64,000 nucleotides of DNA from NCBI GenBank assembly GCA_965226555.1, contig CBDDDG010000012.1, positions 64,001 to 128,000 of the forward strand, read 5' to 3'. A program made the position numbers and the translations under genes. The first letter of the stretch is position 1. Each line of letters begins with the position of its first letter. Origin of the DNA: Salinispira sp. (lineage in GTDB: Bacteria > Spirochaetota > Spirochaetia > DSM-27196 > Salinispiraceae). Shown one piece after another: positions 29,910-40,067 of the stretch. The notes beneath the pieces are model-generated. The model did no database searches. It saw only the letters and a program-made list of their open reading frames with translations, and was not told the DNA's origin.

Positions 29910-31718
29910 ATGAAATTACTGCCTTCCATAGCTCTTTTCTTATTCTTTCTGCTCGCTCTGTCCGCGCCCGCTTGGACTGAGGACTCCCGCATTCAGCACG
30001 GGTTTTCGCCCTTTTCCGTTACCATTCCTCCCGCCATCTCCGTCCCGCGCCATCTTCTCTTTCCTGGAAAAAATTACCTCTATTCCTCCAATGACGCAGG
30101 GCGCACATGGAACCGTCTGCATCCGCAAACGGAAGCAGCAGATATATCAGGCTCAACATACATCACCGCAGCCGCCATTAACCCCCATGACCCCACCCAT
30201 TACCTGCTCGGCACCAGTTATGACGGCCTCTTCGAGAGCCGCAATGCGGGAACAAGCTGGCAGAAAGTGCAACTGCGCAATACCCCACTGTATCAGGGCG
30301 CGCACTTCTACAACGAAATAGGCGCGCTGCTCTTTTCCGCAGACGGCAAAAGCCTGTTCATCCGCACCAGCTTCGATAACCAGCCCTATCTCCTCGACCT
30401 CACAACGAAAACCCTGCGCCCCCTAACATCGCCCGGAACGGCAGCGGAACTATCATCAAACGAAGCCCTCTTCAATGAGCTCATCATCGAAAACCATGCC
30501 TACCCCCATGACTACCCGAGCTCCTACCCCAGCGCCTATCCAAAACCGCCGGAATACCGCAACGACAACTTCCTTCCCCGCGCCTTCACCCGGAACCAGC
30601 CATGGAAGGAACGCCGCGCAGCCGCCTCCGACAAATTCGGATTCTTCATTAACGCCTGGCAGGCATCGACCAAACTGGATGAATTTATTGATTACGCAAA
30701 AGAACAGGGCTTTAACTCTGTTGTCGTTGACTTTAAAGACGACCAGGGGCTGCTCCGCTATTCGAGCGCCCTCGAAATTGCGCAGAATGTCGGCAGCGTC
30801 CGCCCGCTCTTCGACGCGGAGGAGCTCATTCGCCGTTTTCACGATGCCGGTATCTATGTCATTGCGCGGATGGTGGTCTTCAAGGACAAGGCGCTCTATC
30901 AATACAACAACAGTGACTACGCCTTCTGGGATTCCCGCCTCCAGCGTCCCTGGGGGGTCTACCGCAGGTATGATGTTGAGCCCAGCGCAGACAACCCCGA
31001 TCCCGAACCGCGCATTGAGCAGGTGGAGCATTGGGTCGATCCCTATTCGGCATTCGTGCGGAATTATAACATTCAGATAGCGCGGGAGCTTGAAGATATT
31101 GGAGTGGATGAAATTCAGTTCGACTACATCCGCTTTCCTTCGGACGGGCGCCCTCAGGACATTGTTACCCGCTTTCTCACGAACGCCGACAATTCTCCCT
31201 CACGGGTCGACAGGAACATGGAACGAGTGCGCATTCTCGCAGCCTTCCTCGCCGAAGCGCGGAACAGCATTTCCATTCCCATAGGCACCGATGTCTTCGG
31301 CTTTAATGCCTGGGCCAGAATGAGCTACTTGGGTCAGGATGTTGAGATCATAAGTCACTATGTCGATGTCATATCGCCCATGTCATACCCGAGCCATTAC
31401 CCGGGCGCATTCTATGAGGACCTGAGCTATTTAGATAAGGCGCAGTTCATCTATGAAGAAGGAACCCAGAGAACACGTGAAATTACCGATGACAGGGTAA
31501 TTGTCCGGCAGTATGTTCAGGCCTTTCTCATAGGCGGCGAGCTGCGCTTCGAGGAAGATACCTATTTTTCATATCTGGATCGTCAGTTGGAAGGAACCAT
31601 TCGGGGGGGAGGCAATGGCTTCACGCTGTGGAATAACTCCGGCAAATACTACATGGTGAATGAGGAGACAATGAGCCGGCGCATTAAAGAAGCCGGTACC
31701 CTGACCGAACGAAAATAA
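29910..31718 (+). CDS. Secreted putative glycoside hydrolase (DUF4015-like)
   Basis: Signal peptide; NSVVVDFKDDQG, IARMVVFKD, WVDPY, DEIQFDYIRFP, SPMSYPSHY. Confidence 0.85.
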   Translation: MKLLPSIALFLFFLLALSAPAWTEDSRIQHGFSPFSVTIPPAISVPRHLLFPGKNYLYSSNDAGRTWNRLHPQTEAADISGSTYITAAAINPHDPTHYLLGTSYDGLFESRNAGTSWQKVQLRNTPLYQGAHFYNEIGALLFSADGKSLFIRTSFDNQPYLLDLTTKTLRPLTSPGTAAELSSNEALFNELIIENHAYPHDYPSSYPSAYPKPPEYRNDNFLPRAFTRNQPWKERRAAASDKFGFFINAWQASTKLDEFIDYAKEQGFNSVVVDFKDDQGLLRYSSALEIAQNVGSVRPLFDAEELIRRFHDAGIYVIARMVVFKDKALYQYNNSDYAFWDSRLQRPWGVYRRYDVEPSADNPDPEPRIEQVEHWVDPYSAFVRNYNIQIARELEDIGVDEIQFDYIRFPSDGRPQDIVTRFLTNADNSPSRVDRNMERVRILAAFLAEARNSISIPIGTDVFGFNAWARMSYLGQDVEIISHYVDVISPMSYPSHYPGAFYEDLSYLDKAQFIYEEGTQRTREITDDRVIVRQYVQAFLIGGELRFEEDTYFSYLDRQLEGTIRGGGNGFTLWNNSGKYYMVNEETMSRRIKEAGTLTERK

Positions 31719-31722
31719 ACGC

Positions 31723-32388
31723 TCAGAAATTTTCGCCATCATCTTCGTCTTGTTCATCATCGCCTAAATTATCTTCCAGAATATCTTCAAAAAGATTGAA
31801 CAGCCCTTCTGTTATATCATCGCTGAATTCTGCTTTTTCCTCTTCAAGTTGCTGAATGCGGTCGCGTATTCTTGCCGCATCTTCATAATTTTCTTCTTCA
31901 ACGGCCATTTTCAGAGCATTTTTGAGCTCCTCAAGTACCGATTTATTTATTGATACTCTTTCGATATCGCTTATTACCGATGTCGGAATGCCAGCCTGAT
32001 CAACTATATATTCAGCAATATACAAAGAACATTTTACTCGAATAGCCACTGCTATGGCATCTGAAGGACGGGAATCGAATGTATATTTTTTCTTTCCCTG
32101 TCGGACAATAATTTGAGCATAGAATGTTGCACCGGTCAGTCTGTTTATTTCAATTCTCTCAACAGTTATCGAAAGATTTTTCAACATATCAAGAAATAAA
32201 TCGTGAGTGATCGGACGGGGTAAATTGATATTGCTCATTCCGACAAGAATAGACTGCGCTTCCAGTTGTCCGATAAAAATTGGCACAGCCCGTTCTGATC
32301 CTATGGGTCGAATGAGTATGGCGCTGCCTCGGTCAGTACGCGCCATTGTCCAAATTTCAGCTTCAACTAGGGTATTATTCATTCTCAA
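31723..32388 (-). CDS. Bifunctional nuclease (DUF151) with UvrB/C motif
   Basis: PIFIGQLEA, RPITHDL, DSRPSDAIA, EENYEDAARIRD. Confidence 0.9.
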   Translation of the reverse strand: MRMNNTLVEAEIWTMARTDRGSAILIRPIGSERAVPIFIGQLEAQSILVGMSNINLPRPITHDLFLDMLKNLSITVERIEINRLTGATFYAQIIVRQGKKKYTFDSRPSDAIAVAIRVKCSLYIAEYIVDQAGIPTSVISDIERVSINKSVLEELKNALKMAVEEENYEDAARIRDRIQQLEEEKAEFSDDITEGLFNLFEDILEDNLGDDEQDEDDGENF

Positions 32389-33676
32389 GTCCTGAAAAAT
32401 CTATGGTAGCAAATAAATCTTCATATGTTTCCGGCCGTCTTATAAGCTGAATAGCTCCATCCAATTTCAGCAAAAGCTCAGCGCAACGAAGTTTACCATT
32501 GTAATTGAAACCCATTGAATGCCCGTGAGCCCCGCAGTCATGAATAATAACGAGGTCGCCAATTTCAATTTCGGGCAGATTCCTGTTAATGGCAAATTTA
32601 TCGTTGTTTTCGCAGAGAGAACCCGTAACATCGTATACCTTATCGGCTTTGCGATCTTCTTTTCCAACGACAGTTATATGATGATATGCCCCATACATTC
32701 CCGGACGCATGAGGTTCGCCATGCAGGCATCGAGCCCCCGGTACTGCTTGTATGTATCCTTGGCATGAATAACCCTGCTCACCAAATATCCATAGGGACC
32801 GGTAACAACTCTTCCGTTTTCCGTTACAACATTCAGCGGATGATCTGCCGTGTTTTCAATGGCGGTTTTATAGGCGGCCCGTATTTCTGCTGAAAGGCGC
32901 TCAATGTCCACCTTTTCCTGTTCCGGACGATACGGAATTCCGATACCGCCGCCCACATTAAGAAACTCAATGGCTATGTCTGTTTTTCTGCGAATGTCCG
33001 CAACAAGATCAAAGAGCATTTTCGCAGTTTCCACAAAGTATTCAACACTCAGTTCATTACTTGCAACCATTGTATGAAGACCAAAGCGTTTTGCTCCTAG
33101 GCTGCGCGCCTGCGCATATGCTTCAAAAATCTGTTTCCTCGTAAGACCATATTTTGCCTCTTCAGGCTTACCAATTATGGCATTTCCTTCTTTTAATGGA
33201 CCCGGATTATATCGGAAACATATTAATTCCGGCATTCCGCAATGTTCATGAAGATATTCGATATGGCTGATATCATCAATGTTGATAATAGCGCACAAAT
33301 CCCGTGCCTTCTGATACTCCTGCGCCATGGTATTGTTGGAAGTGAACATAATTTCTTCACCGCTTATACCCAATTTTTCCACAAGGAGGAGCTCAGCAAG
33401 GGAACTGCAATCGAAGCCCATACCTTCTTCATGAAGAATTTTCAGAATATAGGGGTTCGGCAGGGCCTTTACTGCAAAATAATTTCGGTATCCGCCGGGA
33501 ACCCAAGAAAAGCTCCTGTTTATATACGAGGCATTTTCACGGATCGCCCGTTCATTGTAAAGATAAAACGGCGTACCGTACTGAGTAGTAAGGTTTTCAA
33601 GTTCCGCGCGCGAAAGCGGGAACATGTATCGGGACAAGGGTTTATTCAGCGTCCGCTTCCCGCGTGTAGGCTTCAT
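32375..33676 (-). CDS. lysA: Diaminopimelate decarboxylase
   Basis: TPFYLY, FAVKA, NVGGG, ENGR, GSLCENND, GAHG. Confidence 0.93.
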   Translation of the reverse strand: MKPTRGKRTLNKPLSRYMFPLSRAELENLTTQYGTPFYLYNERAIRENASYINRSFSWVPGGYRNYFAVKALPNPYILKILHEEGMGFDCSSLAELLLVEKLGISGEEIMFTSNNTMAQEYQKARDLCAIINIDDISHIEYLHEHCGMPELICFRYNPGPLKEGNAIIGKPEEAKYGLTRKQIFEAYAQARSLGAKRFGLHTMVASNELSVEYFVETAKMLFDLVADIRRKTDIAIEFLNVGGGIGIPYRPEQEKVDIERLSAEIRAAYKTAIENTADHPLNVVTENGRVVTGPYGYLVSRVIHAKDTYKQYRGLDACMANLMRPGMYGAYHHITVVGKEDRKADKVYDVTGSLCENNDKFAINRNLPEIEIGDLVIIHDCGAHGHSMGFNYNGKLRCAELLLKLDGAIQLIRRPETYEDLFATIDFSGLENE

Positions 33677-34034
33677 ATTCCGATGCGCTCATAAGTGCAT
33701 TGAGTTCACCCTCGTCTGCTGCCCGTATCTTCAGAAGCCATCCCTTTCCGAAAGGATCATCATTGATAATTTCAGGATTGTCTGCGAGTTCTTCATTTAT
33801 TTCCAGAATTTCGCCTCCAACCGGAACAAACACATCGCTGGCAGCTTTTACACTCTCAACCACACCAAAGCTCTCTCCCTGCGCGAATACCGTTCCGGGT
33901 TCGGGAAGTTCAACAAATACAATATCTCCCAAGCTATCCTGAGCATAATCGGAAATACCCACAGTTATGCAGTCGCCGTCCTTACGGCCCCACTCATGCG
34001 ATTTTTGATATTTTACCGTATCATCGTATACCAT
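33642..34034 (-). CDS. gcvH: Glycine cleavage system H protein
   Basis: SHEW, GISDYAQ, LGDIVFVELP, VESVKAASD. Confidence 0.95.
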   Translation of the reverse strand: MVYDDTVKYQKSHEWGRKDGDCITVGISDYAQDSLGDIVFVELPEPGTVFAQGESFGVVESVKAASDVFVPVGGEILEINEELADNPEIINDDPFGKGWLLKIRAADEGELNALMSASEYEAYTREADAE

Positions 34035-34045
34035 ACATCCTCCGT

Positions 34046-34729
34046 TTACTGTAAATCTTCAAATCCTTTATACATAACCCGCACCTCTTTTATAGATCCA
34101 TCGCCCTCGCTCACTGTTTCAATGTTCTCGACATCGCTTAATGCCGTATGAATGATCCTGCGTTCAAAGGGATTCATGGGTTCCAGCAGTTTCGTTTCCC
34201 GGGTTCTCACTACCTCATCTCCAATTTTATGCGCCAAACGAATAAGGGCTTCTTCTCTTCTTTCTCTGTAGTTCTCTATGTCAACAATTATTCTTACATC
34301 ATTATCTTCATAGCGATGCGCGAAGATGTTTGTGAATAGTTGAATGGCATCGAGGTTCTTTCCTTTTCGGCCAATGAGTATTCCGCTGCTCTCAGAATCA
34401 ATGCGAATGGCAATTTTGTTATTTTCCCGGTACATGATGGTTGTTGATACATCGTATCCCATCTTTTTCACCACGTTTTCAAGGAATTCAAGTACCGCTT
34501 TTTCATAATCGCTGTCCGGCTCCACATGATAATTCATAGTATTGCCTATGTTATCCGATTCATCGTCCTGTGTGTGCACACGTATTCGAACCGTCTTCTG
34601 TAAATTAAACAGACCGCCCTCATCATCATTGAGGAGTTCCACATCAATTTGGCTTCTTTCGAGACCAAGTTCCTTTATAGCAATTTCAACAGCATCTTTT
34701 TCTGTTTTTCCTTCAAATTCATGAATCAT
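34046..34729 (-). CDS. jag: Jag/EloR (KhpB) RNA-binding protein
   Basis: Jag_N, KH (LIGRKGKNLDAIQ) and R3H (ERRIIH) domains. Confidence 0.95.
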   Translation of the reverse strand: MIHEFEGKTEKDAVEIAIKELGLERSQIDVELLNDDEGGLFNLQKTVRIRVHTQDDESDNIGNTMNYHVEPDSDYEKAVLEFLENVVKKMGYDVSTTIMYRENNKIAIRIDSESSGILIGRKGKNLDAIQLFTNIFAHRYEDNDVRIIVDIENYRERREEALIRLAHKIGDEVVRTRETKLLEPMNPFERRIIHTALSDVENIETVSEGDGSIKEVRVMYKGFEDLQ

Positions 34730-36492
34730 TTTTTACTCCTTGCTGATCCCGATTCCTTCTGCGCTTTTTTGTGAGTGAAATAATTATATGCCAGCTGCTG
34801 TCCGGTGGAGATGATATTCTGAAAAATCCAGTATATGAGCAGACCAGAGGGCATATTATACATTATGAAAAAAAACATAACAGGCAATCCGAACGACATT
34901 ATCTTCATTTGGGCGTTCGATTGCGCGCTGTCCGCCGGCTGGGTCAATTTCATGGTAAAAAACTGTGAAACGAGAAAAATTATCGGCAACGCGCGCAGGG
35001 CATCCCAATTTAACAATGGAATAGTAAAATTGAAATTAATTATTGCCTCGGGAGTGGAAAGATCGGTGATCCACCCGGGAATAAATGTTGCGCCGCGCAA
35101 CTCAAAATTATTGTTAAATAAGCTGAACATTGCAATAAAAAACGGAAACTGAAGCAGCATGGGAAGGCAGCCGCCGAGCGGATTAACCTTTTTCTTTTTA
35201 TAGAGCTCCATTGTTGCCTGATTCAGTTTCTGAGCATCGTCCTGGTATGTTTTCTTAAGTTCCTCTATTTTTGGCGCCAGTTCCTTCATTCGCGCGGTCG
35301 ATTCAAAACTTTTTCTGGTAAGCGGGTATAAAACCAGTTTAACAAGAATAGTGAGGAGAATAATGGATACGCCCCAGTTGGGTATTAAACCATAGAAAAA
35401 ATTCATAAGCGATTTGAGAATGTTTTCAAGCCAGCTCAGCCATGAAGATTCAACAAGTTTATCTATACCAAGTTCCGATATTCCAAGCTGGTTATCTTCC
35501 GCATTTTCATATTTTCTCAGCTCAGTAACGGATTTCGGGCCAAAATAGAACCGGTACACATCGCTGATACGGCTGCTCTCTATTTTCGGTCTTACAAGAT
35601 GTAGTTGATTTCCCTGAATACCGCTGTCTGTTGGATAGGTCGTAAAAACAATATCCGCGCCCGTGTTTCCGGGAATGGCAAGAGCAACAAAATATTTTCC
35701 GTTCACCCCTGCCCAGGGGATGATATAGCCCTCCGGGGTTTCACTTTCTCCGGGACTAAGATTTCGAATGTCTTTGCGTCTTCCCGATTCAAAATAACTG
35801 AATCTTCGAAAATCTGTTCTGCCGTTATTGGACAACTCAGTAAATTCAGGTCCTATCTGCGGACCAACCGACACAGTATAACTTGTGCCGTTAACATCCA
35901 TGGGAATATATTGATTCACAGAATTTTTGAACTCAATTTCCATTTCGAATAAATACTCATTTTCAAAGAAACGATAGCGCTTAATTATCTGAAAGGGTTC
36001 TTCTTGGAGATCGGGAACCACAATGTCCTGATAAAATTCGTATTCGCCGGCGCTTTCACGGAAGTAAAATACCGGATCAAGCAGGGCTCCGTCTATTCCG
36101 CCAATGTTAAGAGTCAGCCCCTGCGTATCCGCATCCGCGTTCCCGAAGAAAAACTGAAGCGGTTTCCCGTTGTCTTCATGCCCGAGAAGAACAATTTCCT
36201 TTATGTTTCCCCCGCGGGTATCCATGACAACCTGTACAAAATCTTCCTGAGTATACACTATCTCACGCTGAGATGGAGAAGGTTGATCATTTTCATATAC
36301 GAGAAACTGCTGTTCTAATGCTGTTCTGCTTACAGAGCTGCTTTCATTGTCATCTTCAATAGTATCCTGCGCGTCACTGAAAGAATTGGGCAGAATTTCT
36401 TCCTGAGGAGAAAAAAATACTGTCTGAACAAAAAATCCAACGACAAGAACAATTGTCGACAAAACTATTGCAATTATTGTATTACGGTCCAT
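34726..36492 (-). CDS. yidC: Membrane protein insertase YidC
   Basis: NWGVSIILLT, NPLGGCLPMLLQ, PSGLLIYW. Confidence 0.96.
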   Translation of the reverse strand: MDRNTIIAIVLSTIVLVVGFFVQTVFFSPQEEILPNSFSDAQDTIEDDNESSSVSRTALEQQFLVYENDQPSPSQREIVYTQEDFVQVVMDTRGGNIKEIVLLGHEDNGKPLQFFFGNADADTQGLTLNIGGIDGALLDPVFYFRESAGEYEFYQDIVVPDLQEEPFQIIKRYRFFENEYLFEMEIEFKNSVNQYIPMDVNGTSYTVSVGPQIGPEFTELSNNGRTDFRRFSYFESGRRKDIRNLSPGESETPEGYIIPWAGVNGKYFVALAIPGNTGADIVFTTYPTDSGIQGNQLHLVRPKIESSRISDVYRFYFGPKSVTELRKYENAEDNQLGISELGIDKLVESSWLSWLENILKSLMNFFYGLIPNWGVSIILLTILVKLVLYPLTRKSFESTARMKELAPKIEELKKTYQDDAQKLNQATMELYKKKKVNPLGGCLPMLLQFPFFIAMFSLFNNNFELRGATFIPGWITDLSTPEAIINFNFTIPLLNWDALRALPIIFLVSQFFTMKLTQPADSAQSNAQMKIMSFGLPVMFFFIMYNMPSGLLIYWIFQNIISTGQQLAYNYFTHKKAQKESGSARSKK

Positions 36493-36503
36493 GTACTGCT
36501 TCC

Positions 36504-36836
36504 TTACAATCTGAATAAAATTGGTGTTTTCTGAAACAACATCAGTATCTGATTATATCTTTCCATATAGGTATAGGTTCCTGAATAAAACACTAACGCG
36601 ATATCATACCCTGTACGAAGCTGCGGGAAAATATCCCGAACAATGCTCCGCGCTACCCGCTTTATGTAGTTTCTCTCTACCGCGTTACCGTATTTTTTTC
36701 CCGGGGTAACAAGCACTCTGCTTATATCCCTACTGTGTTCCCGATAAAATAATTTTGCGCCCTTAACCGAAACAGACCGTGAGGTAAAAAGGTTCCGGAT
36801 ATCGTCTTTATTCCGTATTTTATTATCAGGGAACAT
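36504..36836 (-). CDS. rnpA: Ribonuclease P protein component
   Basis: KKYGNAVERNYIKR motif; synteny with rpmH and yidC. Confidence 0.9.
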   Translation of the reverse strand: MFPDNKIRNKDDIRNLFTSRSVSVKGAKLFYREHSRDISRVLVTPGKKYGNAVERNYIKRVARSIVRDIFPQLRTGYDIALVFYSGTYTYMERYNQILMLFQKTPILFRL

Positions 36837-36848
36837 CTCAAGAGCTTA

Positions 36849-37004
36849 TCAGTAGGGTTTTTTTTCATCAGATACAGAAAGTTTTATCCTGCCCTTTGCT
36901 CTTCGTCGTTTCAATATGTGGCGACCGCCCCGTGTTTTCATTCTTTTCCGGAAGCCCAGTCTTCTGTTTCGTTTTGTACGGCTTGGCTGATAGGTTCGTT
37001 TCAT
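36849..37004 (-). CDS. rpmH: 50S ribosomal protein L34
   Basis: Manual translation [51 protein letters not shown]. Confidence 0.97.
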   Translation of the reverse strand: MKRTYQPSRTKRNRRLGFRKRMKTRGGRHILKRRRAKGRIKLSVSDEKKPY

Positions 37005-37073
37005 GCTTATCTCCCGAATCTACTTTCGAATCTACTTTCAAGTAGCAAGTATAAAAAATTTTCCGTTTTCATG

Positions 37074-37448
37074 TCAATGGGTGAATTCACCATGGTGCGA
37101 ATCGCTCAGTTTCGGATTGTTTCCCATATATCGGGCCTCTCTGCGCTGAATAAAATTTTCATTACTCACGCGCTGAACAAGAATGTGAGAAACATGGGCA
37201 TATTTTTTCCGTACTTGCCGGAGTATGTGATGTTTCTTGAATTCAATTCGCTGTATCCACCCGGGATGATCCACATATATTATCAGGGCATTGTTTTTAA
37301 TATCCACCGGCTCACTGTGCGCAGCAATATCTTCCATATCATTACCCAAAAGCTTCGTCCATGAGGAAAAAAGATCAATATGCGCCGATTCAGCATGCAT
37401 ATTAATCATAGGAATGAAGGACTGTAATATTTCCTTTGCTTGTTTCAT
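37074..37448 (-). CDS. DUF721/DciA family protein
   Basis: W..L.G...AAHS.P....N..L...VDHPGW pattern; position downstream of recF. Confidence 0.82.
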   Translation of the reverse strand: MKQAKEILQSFIPMINMHAESAHIDLFSSWTKLLGNDMEDIAAHSEPVDIKNNALIIYVDHPGWIQRIEFKKHHILRQVRKKYAHVSHILVQRVSNENFIQRREARYMGNNPKLSDSHHGEFTH

Positions 37449-38533
37449 TTCATTTTCTGATATTCACCGTTATGTACCGAATACCTAATGGCGTTTTCAT
37501 TCCCCATCTTATATATATCATTATCGGGCAAAAATGTAAAAAATGCCTGATCATAATCTGGCAGTTCCTGTATGAGCCGTTCCTGCTTTTCCCTGTCCAT
37601 TTCCAGAAGTACATCATCAATGAGCAGTATCGGTTTCTTATTGCTCATTTGGGAATACAGGCGGGCCTGAGTTATTCTGAGAATAAGACTGGTAAGCCGA
37701 ATTTGCCCTGTGCTTGCTTCATGAAGAAAGTTTCTCCCGTTTACTTTGAATAAAAATTTGTCGCGGTGCGGACCGCTTGTGGTAGTATTACGATGCATAT
37801 CTGCATCGATCTTATTTTCCAGAACGCGTATAAGCTCCTCTTCAACAAGAACATTCCATGACGGCTGATATTCAATTGTTACTTCCTCGCCGAATTCACT
37901 TATTTTTTCAAAGAGCGGTGTAAACAGGCTGTTAAAATTCTGAATGAGTTGTTGCCGTTCCCGCATTATTTTGATTCCCGCTCCGACAAGGTGTTGATTA
38001 TAAATATCAAGGAGGGAGAAGTCATGTTCTTTGAGAACTTTATTTCTCGATTTAAGAATTTTTGTATACACGTGGAGATCATTGATAAACTCAGTGTGGT
38101 ATCTGCTGAGGCATTGATTAAAAAACCATCTTCTGTTTTCCGGCAGGCCGCTTACAAATTCAATGTCGTTATGATTAAACAAAATTACCGGAATGTGCTT
38201 AAGCAGTTCTGTTCTGTCAGTTATAAGCATGCCGTCGCGCCGTATTTCTTTTTTTCCACGGGTATATTTTATTGCAATTGCGGTATTCATGCCTTCTTCC
38301 ATGTCAGGATGCCACTTCGCAAAAAGCGCCATTTCATCGCAGCCGTTTGTTATCATAATGTTGTCACGCGATGAGCGAAAGCTTCTTCCATAGGCAAGGA
38401 CATATAGCGCTTCAAGAAAATTTGTTTTTCCCTGTCCATTTATCCCTATAAAGAAAACCTGCCGGTAATGAATGGGTACCTTTTGGTTCTGAATGTTTCG
38501 AAAATTATAAAAGGTAATTTCAGAAAACGGCAT
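37445..38533 (-). CDS. recF: DNA replication/repair protein RecF
   Basis: NFRN, GINGQGKTN, GPHRD, STGQ, LLIDDVLLEMD. Confidence 0.96.
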   Translation of the reverse strand: MPFSEITFYNFRNIQNQKVPIHYRQVFFIGINGQGKTNFLEALYVLAYGRSFRSSRDNIMITNGCDEMALFAKWHPDMEEGMNTAIAIKYTRGKKEIRRDGMLITDRTELLKHIPVILFNHNDIEFVSGLPENRRWFFNQCLSRYHTEFINDLHVYTKILKSRNKVLKEHDFSLLDIYNQHLVGAGIKIMRERQQLIQNFNSLFTPLFEKISEFGEEVTIEYQPSWNVLVEEELIRVLENKIDADMHRNTTTSGPHRDKFLFKVNGRNFLHEASTGQIRLTSLILRITQARLYSQMSNKKPILLIDDVLLEMDREKQERLIQELPDYDQAFFTFLPDNDIYKMGNENAIRYSVHNGEYQKMK

Positions 38534-38539
38534 ATCCTG

Positions 38540-39646
38540 TCATTCGTTCATATTCATGGGCATTATAATATGAAAGAATTCTTTTTCAGGAATCGCATTA
38601 ATGCTTATCGCTTTCGTTGCTTCAGTAAACTGAATACTCACCTCATCCGACTGAATAACCTTTAAGGGATCAATAAGATATACAAAATTCAAGGCAATTA
38701 TCATTTCCGGCCCATCATAGGTACAGATAATTTCTTCCTGCGCTGTTCCAATGTCACTCACATCGGATTTAAGTACAAGTACATTGTTTGATATTTCCAT
38801 GTATATCCGTTTCGATTTTTCGACCATTAATGAAACTCTTCTGAGAGCTTCACTCAGTTCGGTTCTGCTAACGCGTATTTCATGTTCTTGAGATTCCGGA
38901 ATTACCCTGCGGTACTTTGGGAATGGTCCATCAATAAGCGATGAGCTAATTTGCTGATTATCGAATTTCATGAATATGTTCTTTTCGGTTATTGCAATGG
39001 ATATGTTTCCCTCTCCCGATGTCTGTTTCTTTACGAGTCCGAGTATTTTCTGAGGAATGATAATTTGATCAAAATCGGGAATAGTTTCATTAAACTCCTT
39101 TTTTATATACGCAAGCCGCTTTCCATCGGTCGATACCATAACAATGGAATTACCGTCTTTCTCGAATGCGACACCATTCATAAAGTAACGGGTTTGATCG
39201 TCAGATACTGCAAAAATTGTCTGGGTAATCATTTCAATAAAGTCATTCTGAGAAATTTGAAAAAATTCCTGTTCGTTAACAGCGGGAATTTCAGGATATT
39301 TTTCAGCTGGTATTGTTTTAAGGCGAAAGTCAATTTTTTTGAACTTGGGAACTATAACAAAATGATCGTCTCCCAACTCAAGAAATTCGATATCACCATC
39401 GGGAAGTGTTCGGAGAATACTCGCGAGGCGTTCACAAATTGTTGTTGTTTTTCCAGAATCATGCACTTCAACAGGAATGGTCGTTTCAAAATATATTTTG
39501 AGATCAGTAGCTCTGATAATGAGGTGGTTATCTGAAGCTTCAAGAAATACATTAGATAGTATTGAAAGCGCATTTCGTGATGCTATTATTTCCAGCGCGA
39601 TTGATATTTCTTTTAAGATATCATCGCGATTACAAGAGAATTTCAT
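38540..39646 (-). CDS. dnaN: DNA polymerase III beta clamp
   Basis: ATDL, STDGKRLA, IDGPFPKY, IMPM. Confidence 0.97.
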   Translation of the reverse strand: MKFSCNRDDILKEISIALEIIASRNALSILSNVFLEASDNHLIIRATDLKIYFETTIPVEVHDSGKTTTICERLASILRTLPDGDIEFLELGDDHFVIVPKFKKIDFRLKTIPAEKYPEIPAVNEQEFFQISQNDFIEMITQTIFAVSDDQTRYFMNGVAFEKDGNSIVMVSTDGKRLAYIKKEFNETIPDFDQIIIPQKILGLVKKQTSGEGNISIAITEKNIFMKFDNQQISSSLIDGPFPKYRRVIPESQEHEIRVSRTELSEALRRVSLMVEKSKRIYMEISNNVLVLKSDVSDIGTAQEEIICTYDGPEMIIALNFVYLIDPLKVIQSDEVSIQFTEATKAISINAIPEKEFFHIIMPMNMNE

Positions 39647-39660
39647 TGGTTATTCCTCCT

Positions 39661-39731
39661 TGAAACTTTTGTGTTATGCAAAAGTTTTTCCTTGATCAAA
39701 TTAGAAAGTTTTGCATTTTGCAAAACCTTGG
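39661..39731. repeat. Two degenerate hairpin-family units upstream of dnaN
   Basis: GAAACTTTTG...CAAAAGTTT and TAGAAAGTTTTGCATTTTGCAAAACCTTG (compare 52782). Confidence 0.75.
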
Positions 39732-39960
39732 ATTATTATAATATAAACATTAGTAGTAGTGGTAGTAGTCCCTGTACAATTGTGAGTTATTTTTATAATT
39801 CCTTTCAGGAAAACATCATACATGTGAGTATAAGGTGTTAGTATATTCGACATTTTTATAAACATATTACTTCATAATTATGATTTACACATTATATCCT
39901 GAATCCGTACAAAAATAACTAAGACAAAATTTGTAAGAAAGACTTTGTAAGACTACCACA
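39732..39960 (-). other. Probable oriC (basal unwinding module)
   Basis: Minus strand reads TAACTCACA ATTGTACAG GG ACTACTACCACTACTACTA ATGTTTATATTATAATAA: tandem degenerate DnaA boxes, GC spacer, DnaA-trios and AT cluster, upstream of dnaN. Confidence 0.72.
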
Positions 39961-40067
39961 AAAATTCTGAGTAGTACAGGAAAATCGAATTGTTATTGGG
40001 TTGATACTGACAGATGCTCTTGCACCCATAGAGCGGCATAACTATAATGGGCCTTTAGGGGTGTGGA